A stretch of DNA of 64,000 nucleotides from Candidatus Eiseniibacteriota bacterium (GCA_043779525.1 JAYWED010000008.1:24881-88880), one strand, 5' to 3'. Shown: positions 1-9,889, counted from the first letter of the stretch. The notes: a model not told the origin generated them from the letters alone. Program-made: numbers and translations.

Positions 1-1426
1 GAACGCAGGATCGATCTCGATCGCGCGCGTAAACCACTTGATCGCAAGGCGGAGCGATTCGGGGGTGCGCTTGTTCCAGTGAAAGCGGCCCTTGAGGTAG
101 GCGTCGTAGGCCTCGCTGTCGGAGGGCTCCGGCGCTGGCGCGGCCTGGCTCGGTCCGCCGGAGACCAACTCCACCTCGAGCGCTTTCGCGACGGCCGACG
201 CGACCTCATCCTGAACATCGAAGACGTCGGCGACGCGCCGGTCGTAGGTCTCGGCCCAGAGATGGCTCTGGTCCGCGACCTGGATCAGCTGCGTCGTGAT
301 GCGGATCCGGTCCCCCGCGCGACGGATGCTTCCCTCCACCACGTACTCGACCCCCAGCTCCTTCCCGATCTCCTCGATGCTCTTCGCCGTCTTCTTGTAG
401 CGCATGGCCGATGTCCTCGCGATGACGCCGAGACGCTTGGGCTGAAGACGGCCCAGATGCGTGATCAGCTCCTCGGTCATGCCGTCCGCGAAGAATTCCT
501 GCTCGGCGTCGGCACTCCGGTTCTCGAGCGGCAGGACCGCGAGCATGAGCCGCCCTCCCATGGGCGCCCCCGGAGTGCCCCGAGCCGGGGGCGTGAGCGT
601 GGAGGAGATCGCGTCGCTGAAGGCGTTCATGGTCGGGAAGCGGTCCGCCGGCGCCTTCGCGAGCGCGCGGGTAAGGGTCTGTGTCATGTACGCGGGCGTT
701 GTGGGCCGGAGCGCCGTGGCCGGACGGGGATCCACCGAGCGGTGCTGCAGCAGAACACTGTCGCCGGTGGGGCCGGTGAACGGGGGCTGGCCCGTCACCA
801 TCTCGTACACGACGCAGGCGAGCGCATACTGATCCGCACGTCCGTCCAGCGAGCCCCCCGAGATCTGCTCGGGGCTCATGTACGCGGGCGTTCCAGCGGC
901 CGACACGGTGTGGGTCTCGGAAGTCGCCACCGCGTCGGAGCCCCGCGCGATCCCGAAATCGAGCACGAGCGCGTGCCCTCCCGAGAGCACGATGTTCTCC
1001 GGCTTCACGTCCCGGTGCACCAGGCCCTGGTCGTGGGCGTAGCGGAGCGCGTCCGCGACCTCGCGCGCGATGCGGATGGCGTCCTCGATCGGGAGCTGCC
1101 GCTCGCGCTGGAGACGCCTGCGGAGCGATTCGCCACCGAGGAGCGGCATGACGTAGTAGAGGAGGCCGTCCGCTTCTCCCGAATCGAAGAGCGGCACGAT
1201 GTGCGGATGCGAGAGCCGCGCCGCGGTCTCGATCTCGGCGCGGAACCGGGCGGGCCCGATGGCGGCCGCCAACTCCGGATCGAGCACCTTGATCGCGACG
1301 GAACGCCCGTGCTTCTCGTCCCGCGCGTCAAACACCTGCCCCATGCCGCCCCGAGCCAGCTCGCCCTTGACGTCGTAGCGCCCGGAGAGCGCGGTTTTCA
1401 GGCGGGTGAGCGTATCGGCGGGCACG
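1..1426 (-). CDS. Ser/Thr protein kinase with C-terminal TolB_N-like/TPR-type extension (partial; C-terminus runs off the window start). The GTG start is inferred.
   Basis: The reverse-strand translation gives GELARGGMGQVF (Gly-rich loop), AIKVL, HRDVKPENIVL, DFGIA and GTPAYMSPEQ, which are the canonical Hanks kinase subdomains. Downstream of the kinase domain is ...LPLENRSADAEQEFFADGMTEELITHL..., a TolB_N-like module. There is no stop before position 1. This ORF is not in the supplied track because it is edge-truncated. Confidence 0.85.
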
Positions 1427-1504
1427 GAGGGGAATTTAGCATAGGTTCGCGAGGCGGGATGGAGGGGCGACGGCGAGGCTTCGAAGAACTCCTAAGGCGT
1501 TAAT

Positions 1505-1580
1505 TGGAGGCGGCACCCGGATTTGAACCGGGGAATAACGGTTTTGCAGACCGTCGCCTTAGCCACTTGGCTATGCCGCC
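1505..1580 (-). tRNA. tRNA-Cys (anticodon GCA), including an encoded CCA
   Basis: The reverse complement reads GGCGGCATAGCCAAGTGGCTAAGGCGACGGTCTGCAAAACCGTTATTCCCCGGTTCAAATCCGGGTGCCGCCTCCA. It folds as a cloverleaf with anticodon loop CT-GCA-AA and T-loop TTCAAAT. A -35 TTGCGC / -10 TATACT promoter lies just upstream on the minus strand, around 1600-1640. Confidence 0.85.
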
Positions 1581-1808
1581 CCCGCAAGTGGTTGAGTATA
1601 GCGTGGTTGGCGAAGGGTGCAATCGGGGAAATCGTGAAAGAGCGACGGTCCGGAGGACCGTTGCTCCTCAGCATGTTTAGCGAATAGGAGAGCAGTCCAC
1701 GGCCTTCACTTCGCTGCAAGGGCTGCCCACGCTACGCGCGGCCGAACCGGGTGGCCGGCGCTACGCGCCGCCTCCTCGCCGCTGCCGCGGCGGACAGGGT
1801 TCAGCGGC

Positions 1809-4800
1809 TCAGGTTGAGATGGAGGACGAACGCGCCACCACCCGGAAACCGTTTTCGTCGGACCGGGCGCCGGGAGGAGGCACGTTGCGGGCGGCCGCGC
1901 GCGCGAAGACCTGACCGTCGCTCCATGCGCCGCCCCGCAACACCCGGCGGACATCCGGTCCTGCCTCCGGGTCCTCCCGTCCATCGGCCGGGTCGTACGG
2001 ATACGCGAACGGGGCCTTCTCGAACTCCAGCCCCGCACCGAACAGGCTTCCCGTCCACTCGCCCACGTTCCCTGCCAGGTCGCTCACGCGCTCGGGCGTC
2101 TCCCCCTCCACGAACACCCCCACCGGCGTCGTACGGCCCACCTTCGTCGCGGCCGTATTCCCCCACAGCGCCCTGAACGGGTTGCCCCACGCGTACTGCC
2201 GCCCTTCCTTCCCCCGAGCCGCCGCCTCCCACTCAGCCTCCGTCGGCAGCCCGTATTCCTCCCCCGTTTGCGCCGACAGCCAGTTGCAATACGCCCGCGC
2301 CTCGTACCAGCCCACCCCCACCACCGGCTGCGATGGGTTGTTGAACCGCCCATTGTGCCAGAGGGCCGGCGACCGCAGCTTTCCCCCCGGATGGAGTTCC
2401 CGCAGATGGGCCTCGAGCTCGCCCTCATCCATCTCCAGCCGCTTCTTCCAGCGTTCGTAGCTCTCCTGCGGCACCTCGCCCTTCCTCCAGGACTCCTCCA
2501 GCTTCTCGGGGTCCTGCCGGAACTGCCCGTACCAGTACTTCACGTTCGCGTGCGCCCCATCCGCCGCCCCCTCCCCGCTCCACCATCGCCTGGCGCCCGC
2601 CGTGTCCCACCACCGCGGCTCCTCGTAGCCTCCGGCATCCATGAAGCGGCGCCACTCCCCGTTCGTCACCGGATACCGGCCGATCCGGAACGACTCGACC
2701 TCCACCTGGTGCCGGGGTATGTGCGCCTCGATCCGGTGGCCGAGGAACTCGAACACCTCGTCCTCGCCCATGGGGTAGAGTCCCCCGGGGATCGCCACCA
2801 TCGGCGGCACCAGGTACCGCCCGTGCGGCCCCTCGCACTCCTCGAATCGCGGGTCCCCGAGCACGCCGAGCGCCAGCCCCGCCTCGATGCGCGACCTCAG
2901 GTCGGCCTCACGGTCAGTGCTCCGCCGGACCAACGCCTGACGAAGATCGTCGAGCGTGCCCCAGTCCAGTCGCTCCCGCACTTCCACGTGACCCGCCGCC
3001 CGGCCGGCCACCACCAGGTTCGTCCCCATGAGATCCCGGATGTAGGCGTCCGGATCCTCCGTCATCGCCGCTCCCAGGATCGCGGTCTCCTCCCAGCCCG
3101 TCGTCTCGAGCGGCGGGAGCTGCTCTCCGGGCGGCAGCGTCTCGATGATCTCGCTCAGCGGGGGGGTGATTGCCCGGGCTCTCCACGCCGCCTCGACCCG
3201 CTTCGGATCCGGTGTCTTCGCCAGCTGCCTTCCTGCGAAGTACTCCTGCACCAGCTGGTGCACGTAGAGCACCTCCTCCGTCCCCTGGTCCTCGTCCAGC
3301 ACCGATAGCGCCAGACCTGCCTTCACGATCTCCGCCTCGTGCTCATGATTCAGCAGCTTTAGGGCCTCGTCGTACCCCACCCGAACCTGACCCCTGCCTC
3401 CCCCGCCCGACTGCATGGCGAACGCCAGCTCCGACAGCTTCGGCACCAACACGCCGCGCTCGGGCAGCTCCCATCTCGTCTTCCACGCCCACTGCGTGAT
3501 CCGGCGAATGTCCCGCTCGGTCAGAAGACCGTTCGGAGCGAACTGCGGATTCCCGCGTTCCACCTCCCGCCGCAGCGCCTGGCGCACGAATCCCGTGAAC
3601 AGCCCTGCCCAGCCCTCCGGCACCTCCCTCGTCGCCTCCACCTGGTCGGTCAAGAGCGACAGGAAGTAAGGCGAGCGCACGAGCTCCAGCTGCGGGGTTC
3701 CCCTTAGCTGGCTCCAGATCTTCCCGCCTTGGTCGGGGCTCTGCTTCTCGAGGAACTGCGCCACCTGCTCGTCGGTGAGCGGCTCAACCACCACCTGCGG
3801 AACCCGCAGCCCCGGCGTCGAGAGCGGGGCCGAGTAGTCCAGCGTCCGGCAGCTGAACACCACCCGCGTCCCCGGATGGTCGCTCACAACCCGATCGAGG
3901 AAGCCCTTCCAGGCGAGCACGGCCTGATGCAGAGCCGAGGTATTGGCCATCGGCATCTCGTTCAAGGCGTCCAGAAGCACGATCATCCGGCCGGTCTTGA
4001 GGAGGTCGCGCAGCGGCGGCATCTCCGGGTGGCGCGCCGACCAGCGTTCGGCGAGCCAGGCTTCCGGATCGGGAAGCGGCTCCTGACCGCGTCCCTTGTA
4101 CTGGTTGAGCTGGATGAAAAACGTCACCGGCTGCTCTGGATCGGTGAGACCCCTCTGGGCCGCTTCCAACTCCAGGCGCCGCAGGAGCGTGCTCTTCCCG
4201 CAGCCCGGCGATCCGAGCACCACCACCGCCGGGTCCTCCACCTGGCGCAGCAACTCCCCGAGGTCCCGGTACGTCACCGGCTGCGCGCTCCACCGCCCGG
4301 ACGGCGTCTCCTCGCCCTGATCCACCAGCAACGTCAGCGCGACGAACTCCCGGTCCAGCTTGTAACGCGGCTGGCTCCACTCCCGGATGCGGCTCTCGCG
4401 ATAGGCGGCGAGCGCGGCAATGGCGTGCGCATCGCTTCTCCGGACCGCTGGGCCATGCGCGGTGGACGCTGTGGTGACTCGCGTCTCGGACGTCGCAGAG
4501 GTCGCCGAAGCGTGTCCTGCGCTACCCGACCGCCGCCCCCACTCCAACTCCCGCTGCAAATCCTCGAGATCGTTCCGCACGTCGCGCGCCGTCCGGTAGC
4601 GGCGAGCCGGCTCCTTAGCCAGGCACCGCCTCACGATCCGCCCGAACTCCTCGGGAAGATCCGCCCGCCGCTCGGTCACCGGCTGCGGCTCTTGCATCAG
4701 GACCGCCGCCATGATCTCCGTGAAGCTCCTACCGGTGAACGGTCGCGTTCCCGTGGACAGCTCGTAGAGCATGATGCCAAGCGCGAACAGATCCGTCCGC

Positions 4801-5408
4801 GCATCCACCGCCTCGCCGTGAATCTGCTCCGGCGCCATGTAGGGCACCGTCCCTACCACCATTCCTTCCTTTGTGATGGCGGTGGTGGCAATGCCCCGGG
4901 ACGTGTCACCGGAAACAGGCTCTTTCGGCCGAAAGATCTTCGCTAGGCCGAAATCGAGTACCTTCACCCGCCCCTCGTTCGTCACCATTACGTTCCCCGG
5001 CTTCAGATCTCGGTGGACGACACCCCGCTCGTGCGCTGCGACAAGGGCGTCGGAAACGGGGATTACTATATCGAGGAGGCGGGAAAGCTGTAGGCCGCCG
5101 GGGGTGACGAGCCGATCGAGGCTTTGGCCCTCGACAAGCTCCATCGTGATGAAGCGGAACCCCTTCTCTTTCTCGATGGAATGGAGCACTACGATGTTGG
5201 GGTGATTGAGGCTCGCGACGGTCCGGGCCTCGCGCTCGAATCGGGCCAAGCGGTCGGGGGAGGAGGCTACCGCCTTGGGCAATACCTTCACCGCCACATC
5301 ACGTCCGAGGCGCAGATCGCGTGCGCGGTAAACCTCGCCCATCCCGCCGGTTCCGAGGAGGCCAGTGATCTCGTAGGTGCCGAGGTGGGTTCCTGATGCT
5401 AGGGCCAT
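1809..5408 (-). CDS. Three-domain STAND protein: N-terminal Ser/Thr kinase, central NACHT NTPase, C-terminal FGE-sulfatase (formylglycine-generating-enzyme-like, FGS) domain. Candidate bacterial NACHT (bNACHT/Avs-like) defence or signalling protein.
   Basis: Kinase motifs GTGGMGEVYRARD, HRDLKPGNVM, DFGLAK and GTVPYMAPEQ. Walker A VVLGSPGCGKSTLL, Walker B MIVLLDALNEM, and the NACHT-type FSCRTLDY and SPYFLSLL motifs. C-terminal GRYPVTNGEWRRF...GWYEARAYCNWL...RGGAW...GFRVVA matches the FGE-sulfatase/DUF323 fold. The ATG at 5408 is preferred over the TTG at 5450 used by the ORF track. Confidence 0.8.
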   Translation of the reverse strand: MALASGTHLGTYEITGLLGTGGMGEVYRARDLRLGRDVAVKVLPKAVASSPDRLARFEREARTVASLNHPNIVVLHSIEKEKGFRFITMELVEGQSLDRLVTPGGLQLSRLLDIVIPVSDALVAAHERGVVHRDLKPGNVMVTNEGRVKVLDFGLAKIFRPKEPVSGDTSRGIATTAITKEGMVVGTVPYMAPEQIHGEAVDARTDLFALGIMLYELSTGTRPFTGRSFTEIMAAVLMQEPQPVTERRADLPEEFGRIVRRCLAKEPARRYRTARDVRNDLEDLQRELEWGRRSGSAGHASATSATSETRVTTASTAHGPAVRRSDAHAIAALAAYRESRIREWSQPRYKLDREFVALTLLVDQGEETPSGRWSAQPVTYRDLGELLRQVEDPAVVVLGSPGCGKSTLLRRLELEAAQRGLTDPEQPVTFFIQLNQYKGRGQEPLPDPEAWLAERWSARHPEMPPLRDLLKTGRMIVLLDALNEMPMANTSALHQAVLAWKGFLDRVVSDHPGTRVVFSCRTLDYSAPLSTPGLRVPQVVVEPLTDEQVAQFLEKQSPDQGGKIWSQLRGTPQLELVRSPYFLSLLTDQVEATREVPEGWAGLFTGFVRQALRREVERGNPQFAPNGLLTERDIRRITQWAWKTRWELPERGVLVPKLSELAFAMQSGGGGRGQVRVGYDEALKLLNHEHEAEIVKAGLALSVLDEDQGTEEVLYVHQLVQEYFAGRQLAKTPDPKRVEAAWRARAITPPLSEIIETLPPGEQLPPLETTGWEETAILGAAMTEDPDAYIRDLMGTNLVVAGRAAGHVEVRERLDWGTLDDLRQALVRRSTDREADLRSRIEAGLALGVLGDPRFEECEGPHGRYLVPPMVAIPGGLYPMGEDEVFEFLGHRIEAHIPRHQVEVESFRIGRYPVTNGEWRRFMDAGGYEEPRWWDTAGARRWWSGEGAADGAHANVKYWYGQFRQDPEKLEESWRKGEVPQESYERWKKRLEMDEGELEAHLRELHPGGKLRSPALWHNGRFNNPSQPVVGVGWYEARAYCNWLSAQTGEEYGLPTEAEWEAAARGKEGRQYAWGNPFRALWGNTAATKVGRTTPVGVFVEGETPERVSDLAGNVGEWTGSLFGAGLEFEKAPFAYPYDPADGREDPEAGPDVRRVLRGGAWSDGQVFARAAARNVPPPGARSDENGFRVVARSSSIST

Positions 5409-5484
5409 GGGGGAGCTAATGTAACCGGAAGATCGCCTCTTGGTCTCCAATCAAGGACGGACTACGTGGCACCAGCTGGCTCCG

Positions 5485-5531
5485 GTCAGGTTGGCCATTC
5501 CTGGCAATCGTTGGCCACCGTTGGCCACCCG
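5485..5531 (-). promoter_or_regulatory. three direct repeats of TGGCCAAC (10/20-bp phasing) immediately upstream of the kinase-NACHT-FGS gene
   Basis: The minus strand reads gTGGCCAACggTGGCCAACgattgccaggaaTGGCCAACctgacc. The same motif block recurs at 12330-12375 and 13648-13680. Confidence 0.5.
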
Positions 5532-5733
5532 AAGCACGAAGCCCAAGGGGGTCATCCATCTGGGGCTTCGCGTAATACCTTGTCGCGACGCTACTCCGAG
5601 GATCGGCCTCAAAATCGCTGGTAGACTCCAGATGGAACAGGACAGCCACTACGCTTTTCAGCGAGAGCCCTCGCGTTTTCGAGCCGATTCTTGATGGTTC
5701 GCATGCACTGCACATCACTCTCGATGGCAGCGA

Positions 5734-6948
5734 CTACTGGGTCGTTTGCACGATCCACACCCGCCCGTCCGGCACGCCGTGCGAGAAGCTCATGTCACGC
5801 ATCAGATTCCCGAGCATGATCACATCGGAGTGGCCGCCGTCGTCATAGTGGAACCTGGGCACCGGGATGTACGGCGGATTGGGGCCGGTGGTAACCTCAG
5901 GCCCGGTATTCTGGTTGGACATCATCGACTTGGGTGACATTCCCCAGAGTGGCAGATCCGTGAACACGACCCTGATGCCGGTTGCGCCCGACGAATTGAT
6001 GACCGGGGTGTCGTAGTGCATTTCGGTGAGGCACCAGTCGAACGGCGCGACGTCCCGGCTCGCCGCGGGCCCGGTCCAGATCTTGGCCCGCAGACGATAA
6101 CAGACGTTCCTCACCTCATCGCCGTACTTGGTGCGGTTTAGGTCACTCGCGCCCTGATTCTCGACGATAATCGCGACCCGCGGCCACATCGTGTACTCCT
6201 GGTTCCACGGTGCATTCGCGAAGATCTTGTTCAGCTCGGTGTCGCGGATGTTTCGATAGGTGGTTTCCGTGACCGGTGGGTCTCCAAAATGGAACACGCT
6301 CACCGTTGCGCCCGCCATGGGGAGCAGCGGCTTCTTGGCATCGGGATCCTTCGCGGACAGCATCGCGAGCGCCGCGCTCCCGGCAGCCGCCGTCCCGGTC
6401 TTCGACTCGTTCGAGACCTCGATCACGCGGAGCTCAATATCCTTGCCTCCGGTGGTGGAGACGTTAGCGACAATCCCCCGGACGAATACGTCTTTGCAGC
6501 CGAGCTCGCACTTGGCCTTGCGCATCCATGGGATGATCTCGTCCGGCACTTGGTCGAACAGCACCTGGCCGACCTCCTTGCCTGCCGAGTCGATCAACGA
6601 ACCACTATTGGAAAAACTGCTTGTCCGCCTGACGAGTAGTTGCGTCCGCATGCCGCCGAAGACCTCGACGTACTTTCCGACGAATTGCGGCGCCCGCGTC
6701 CTCCACTCGGAGGGCGTCACCGCGGTCCACTTCGTCCCGGGAGGCGCGACGGCAATCTCGGTCGTGGTGGAGTGGCTGGGGCGAACGGGAAGATACGGTC
6801 GCCCGCGTCGCGTCGGAGACCACTGTATCGAGTCGACCTTGGAATGATACTGCGCGCCAAGCAGGGAGCCAGCAGGCACTGTGAGCACGGTGAGCACTGC
6901 GAGCATTGCGAGCAACAGACGCTTCATGGCAACTCCTTCTGGGTCCAT
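5734..6948 (-). CDS. hypothetical exported protein (N-terminal signal peptide)
   Basis: A 404-aa ORF with a hydrophobic N-terminus, MKRLLLAMLAVLTVLTVPAGS. No confidently recognisable domain. The start may be the internal ATG near 6927. Confidence 0.5.
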   Translation of the reverse strand: MDPEGVAMKRLLLAMLAVLTVLTVPAGSLLGAQYHSKVDSIQWSPTRRGRPYLPVRPSHSTTTEIAVAPPGTKWTAVTPSEWRTRAPQFVGKYVEVFGGMRTQLLVRRTSSFSNSGSLIDSAGKEVGQVLFDQVPDEIIPWMRKAKCELGCKDVFVRGIVANVSTTGGKDIELRVIEVSNESKTGTAAAGSAALAMLSAKDPDAKKPLLPMAGATVSVFHFGDPPVTETTYRNIRDTELNKIFANAPWNQEYTMWPRVAIIVENQGASDLNRTKYGDEVRNVCYRLRAKIWTGPAASRDVAPFDWCLTEMHYDTPVINSSGATGIRVVFTDLPLWGMSPKSMMSNQNTGPEVTTGPNPPYIPVPRFHYDDGGHSDVIMLGNLMRDMSFSHGVPDGRVWIVQTTQ

Positions 6949-6984
6949 CTTGCGGGCCGAGGCTCGCGGAGTAGAGCCCCTGAA

Positions 6985-8646
6985 CTACCTGGCGACCACG
7001 ATCTTCCGTGTACTTACCTCGTGTCCGGACTCGAGACGCGCAAAGTAGATCCCGCTTGCTACCTCCCGACCGTCCCAAAACACCGATCGCCAACCCGCCG
7101 CCTGAAGCTCGTTCACCACGGTAGCGACCTGCCTGCCCTGGAGGTCGTATACGACGAGGCGCACCGGCCCCGCCTTGGGGAGACCGTACGTGAACTGCGT
7201 CCTGAACCCGAACGGATTGGGATAGCCCGGCTCCAAGCGCACGACCTTCGGCGCTGCCGTCCCCTCGGGCACAGTCACCCACGTCTCGATCACATTCTCC
7301 TGCGCGGTTACGTCGCGCACTACGAGTCGGTAGCCGTACGTAAGGCCGGGCGTGACGGTATCGTCCACAAAGATGATGTTCCGGTTCAGGTCGGGCACCG
7401 GATGCCCGGCAAGCGTCCAGTCGCTGTCGGCGGTCCGTCGGTAGACGCTCGCCTGTGCGATCTCGTCGCCCGGGGCGTACCAGCTGATGCGAACGTGCCC
7501 GGCTTCCGTTTGAACGCTCAGCATGACGAGGGAGATGGCTGTCGTCGCCGCAGGCGTGAGGCGATAGGTGCCGGTGCCGGCGAAGTTGAAGGAGTTGTCG
7601 CTCGCGACGACCAGGTAGGTGCCCGTGACGGGCGCGGTCGCCGAGACCTGCGTGCCGGAGGGCCCGGAGTTGTTCCTGAGTTCGGTCCCGGTGGGGCTGT
7701 AGAGCCGGAGTTCGGGCGTGAGTGTGCTGCCCTGGACGATCTCCTCCATGGTCACGATCAGGTTGTCGCCGGCGGTAGCGTCGATCGTCCAGAGATCGAG
7801 ATCGCCAAGTTCCAGGGAGCCGAAGCTGAGCCCCGAGGGCAGCGGGCCGCCCTCGTCGCCCGAGGAGACCGTCACCGGCGATCCCGTCTTCGCCATCGTG
7901 ATCTCGTAGGCGCCGGAGCCGGCGAAGTTGAAGGAGTTGTCGCTCGCGATCACCACGTACTGTCCCGTCACGGTCGCGTTCAACTCGACCTCGGAGGCCG
8001 AGGGGGAGCTGTTGGGGCCGAGCTGCACGCCCGTCGGGCTGATGATCCGCAGCTCCGGCGTGAGCGTGCTGCCGGTGGCCGTCTCGCCCATGCGCACCAC
8101 GATCCGGTCGCCCGCGGTGGCGTCGACCGTCCACGCGTCGAGGTCGCCTAGCTCGAGCGTCCCCGCGTTCTTCGCCCCGTTCACGAGCGGGCCGCCCTCG
8201 TCGCCCGAGGAGACCGTCACCGGCGATCCGGACTTCGCCATCGTGATCTCGTAGCCGCCGACCTGCGGCGTGCTCGAGTTGTCGTCGACGACGACCGTGT
8301 AGGTGCCCGTCGAGGACGCGGTGCTCTGAACCTCGGCGGCGGACGGGCCCGAGCTGGTAGCGAGCAACGTAAGGTCTGGGCCGAAGAGGCGAACGCGCGG
8401 CGTGAGCGGCGAGCCGGCCACCGTCTCGCCGACGCGCACGATGACCGCATCGCCCGCATTGGCGCTGACCGTAAAGGTGTCCGCCTGGCCCGTGAACAAG
8501 ATCGCGCCAGCTACGCGCGCGCCGTTGACCAGTGCGCCCTGGGCCGCTGCGCTCGTCGGCCACAACGGCGCCGCCAGCAACGTAACGAGGGCGATGGCGA
8601 TTGGATGGATGGTACCCCACAGCGAAATGCATGCGCGTCTATCCAC
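6985..8646 (-). CDS. secreted multi-repeat protein with a C-terminal T9SS/FlgD-Ig-like sorting domain
   Basis: Signal peptide, then four roughly 85-aa internal repeats (...GETATGSTLTPELR...YEITMAK(S/T)GSPVTVSSGDEGGPL...). The C-terminus, PGYPNPFGFRTQFTYGLPKAGPVRLVVYDLQGRQV...WDGREVASGIYFARLESG, is typical of T9SS type-A / FlgD Ig-like domains. Confidence 0.7.
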   Translation of the reverse strand: MDRRACISLWGTIHPIAIALVTLLAAPLWPTSAAAQGALVNGARVAGAILFTGQADTFTVSANAGDAVIVRVGETVAGSPLTPRVRLFGPDLTLLATSSGPSAAEVQSTASSTGTYTVVVDDNSSTPQVGGYEITMAKSGSPVTVSSGDEGGPLVNGAKNAGTLELGDLDAWTVDATAGDRIVVRMGETATGSTLTPELRIISPTGVQLGPNSSPSASEVELNATVTGQYVVIASDNSFNFAGSGAYEITMAKTGSPVTVSSGDEGGPLPSGLSFGSLELGDLDLWTIDATAGDNLIVTMEEIVQGSTLTPELRLYSPTGTELRNNSGPSGTQVSATAPVTGTYLVVASDNSFNFAGTGTYRLTPAATTAISLVMLSVQTEAGHVRISWYAPGDEIAQASVYRRTADSDWTLAGHPVPDLNRNIIFVDDTVTPGLTYGYRLVVRDVTAQENVIETWVTVPEGTAAPKVVRLEPGYPNPFGFRTQFTYGLPKAGPVRLVVYDLQGRQVATVVNELQAAGWRSVFWDGREVASGIYFARLESGHEVSTRKIVVAR

Positions 8647-8777
8647 TTTGACCTCTTAGCTGGAGACGTTGCTGTCGCGAAGAGTGCCTGAGAACCATCT
8701 GTACGCAATACTGTGCGCAATCGCGCGAAAGGAGCGGCAGAATCCCGAGGGCATCCCGCGCTACTTCGCCAGATCCG

Positions 8778-9734
8778 CTACTTCGCCAGATCAAGCAAGA
8801 GCGAGGACACCCAGCCCTTGTTGCCGATTTCGTCGGAGACCTTCCACCAGATCCCGTCCTTATCCCCTGTCGGATACAGCATCATCCCGACGTCGAGGTT
8901 GCGCACCGCAGAGGATGCCGGATCAGCCTTCTCGTACATGCGCCCAGGCTTGGCCATGGTGACGGACTGCCTGACGTTGTCGGCCTTAGAGTCGGGGCTG
9001 TCCTTCTTGACCTCCTTGACCTCGGCGACGAGCTTCGTGAAGGCGTCGAGGTACGCCATGGCGACGACCTGACCGATCTCGGTGTTGGCGTAGCTGCCCG
9101 CCCCGGCGGCCGCGAAGCCGCCCGAGAACACGCCACCCCCCGCCCCCCAGCCCACGTTGGTCTTCTTCGCGTGGCCCTTGACGACGGCGACCTCCTCGGT
9201 CGAGCGCACATCGGTCAGCGTGAGCACCACATCCGCTGTCTTCTTCTTCAGGCTGACGCCGCCCAGCACGACGCCCAATCCACCCGCGCGCCTGCCCAGC
9301 AATCCACCAAAGGCTCCACCGATGCTCTTTCCGCCGGCGTTCGAGTTCTGACTCACGATGTCCGGGATCAGCACGTAGTCCGCAGCCTTTATCTGGCCCT
9401 TGCCGATGTTCGATTTGCCGCCCAGCTCGCCGCCGGCGGCGAGCTCACGCTCTTTCTCCGCCGCCTCCAGCCCCCTGCCGCGGTCGACCAGCGTGAAGCA
9501 CTTGCATTCGGAGACGAACACCTTGATGAGTGCTTCAGGAGATTCGAGGTTGTACTGCACCCACCACTTCTGCTCGGGCTCGACCACGGACAGGGTGCCG
9601 AACGTCCTGTCGCAGGCAGGAAGTTGCATTTCCTTCTCTCCCGCGGCGACGGCTGAGGCACTCCCTGCCGTGAGGATTGCAAGCGTTAAGAAGTGCACTG
9701 CGAGGCGAAATCGGGCGCGGGACCGGATTACCAT
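8778..9734 (-). CDS. CsgG-family (curli production/transport-like) lipoprotein with a C-terminal SH3-like segment
   Basis: The segment ...KAADYVLIPDIVSQNSNAGG...GHAKKTNVGWGAGG... is characteristic of the CsgG/TolB-like secretion lipoprotein family. A 17-bp tandem duplication sits at the 3' end. Confidence 0.6.
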   Translation of the reverse strand: MVIRSRARFRLAVHFLTLAILTAGSASAVAAGEKEMQLPACDRTFGTLSVVEPEQKWWVQYNLESPEALIKVFVSECKCFTLVDRGRGLEAAEKERELAAGGELGGKSNIGKGQIKAADYVLIPDIVSQNSNAGGKSIGGAFGGLLGRRAGGLGVVLGGVSLKKKTADVVLTLTDVRSTEEVAVVKGHAKKTNVGWGAGGGVFSGGFAAAGAGSYANTEIGQVVAMAYLDAFTKLVAEVKEVKKDSPDSKADNVRQSVTMAKPGRMYEKADPASSAVRNLDVGMMLYPTGDKDGIWWKVSDEIGNKGWVSSLLLDLAK

Positions 9735-9870
9735 TCGATCTCCTTCCCCTGGAAGGGGGAGTGTGTGAGCCAGGTTGTGCTCACTAGATGTCTGCAGCTT
9801 TTTCCAACCTTGGTAAGAGCTACACGCCCCTGGATCACCTCGTGCATCGGGGCGCGGCCCTGATCTTGGG

Positions 9871-9889
9871 CATGGGGGATTCCCCCATG
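9871..9889. repeat. perfect 8-bp-stem hairpin CATGGGGG-ATT-CCCCCATG within a roughly 45-bp direct repeat (second copy at 10378-10422)
   Basis: The block catcggggcg...tgat...gggatgggggattcccccatgg occurs at 9844-9890 and 10378-10422. The two copies bracket the truncated REC-only gene. Confidence 0.6.

Noticed and set aside
79-1503. 474-aa plus-strand ORF over the first 1.5 kb
   Set aside because: It is antisense to a clear Hanks-type kinase on the minus strand. Its translation is Arg/Gly/Ala-rich and low-complexity, typical of GC-rich shadow frames.
2268-4946. Plus-strand ORFs of 346 and 405 aa inside the kinase-NACHT gene
   Set aside because: They are antisense shadow ORFs of a well-supported 1199-aa minus-strand gene. 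They are Arg/Pro-rich with no domain signal.
5440-5694. Apparent peptide conservation (…GWP.LATR.TKP…) between plus-strand ORFs at 5440, 12194 and 13477
   Set aside because: The similarity is explained by the conserved TGGCCAAC/ggctacggtc DNA motif. The ORFs have no ribosome-binding site and no domain signal, and their lengths differ.
6640-8151. 503-aa plus-strand ORF and the 6605-8632 675-aa minus-strand ORF in an alternative frame
   Set aside because: They overlap the repeat-domain secreted protein gene (6985-8646), which has a signal peptide, internal repeats and a T9SS-like C-terminus. The alternative frames are RG-rich low-complexity artefacts.
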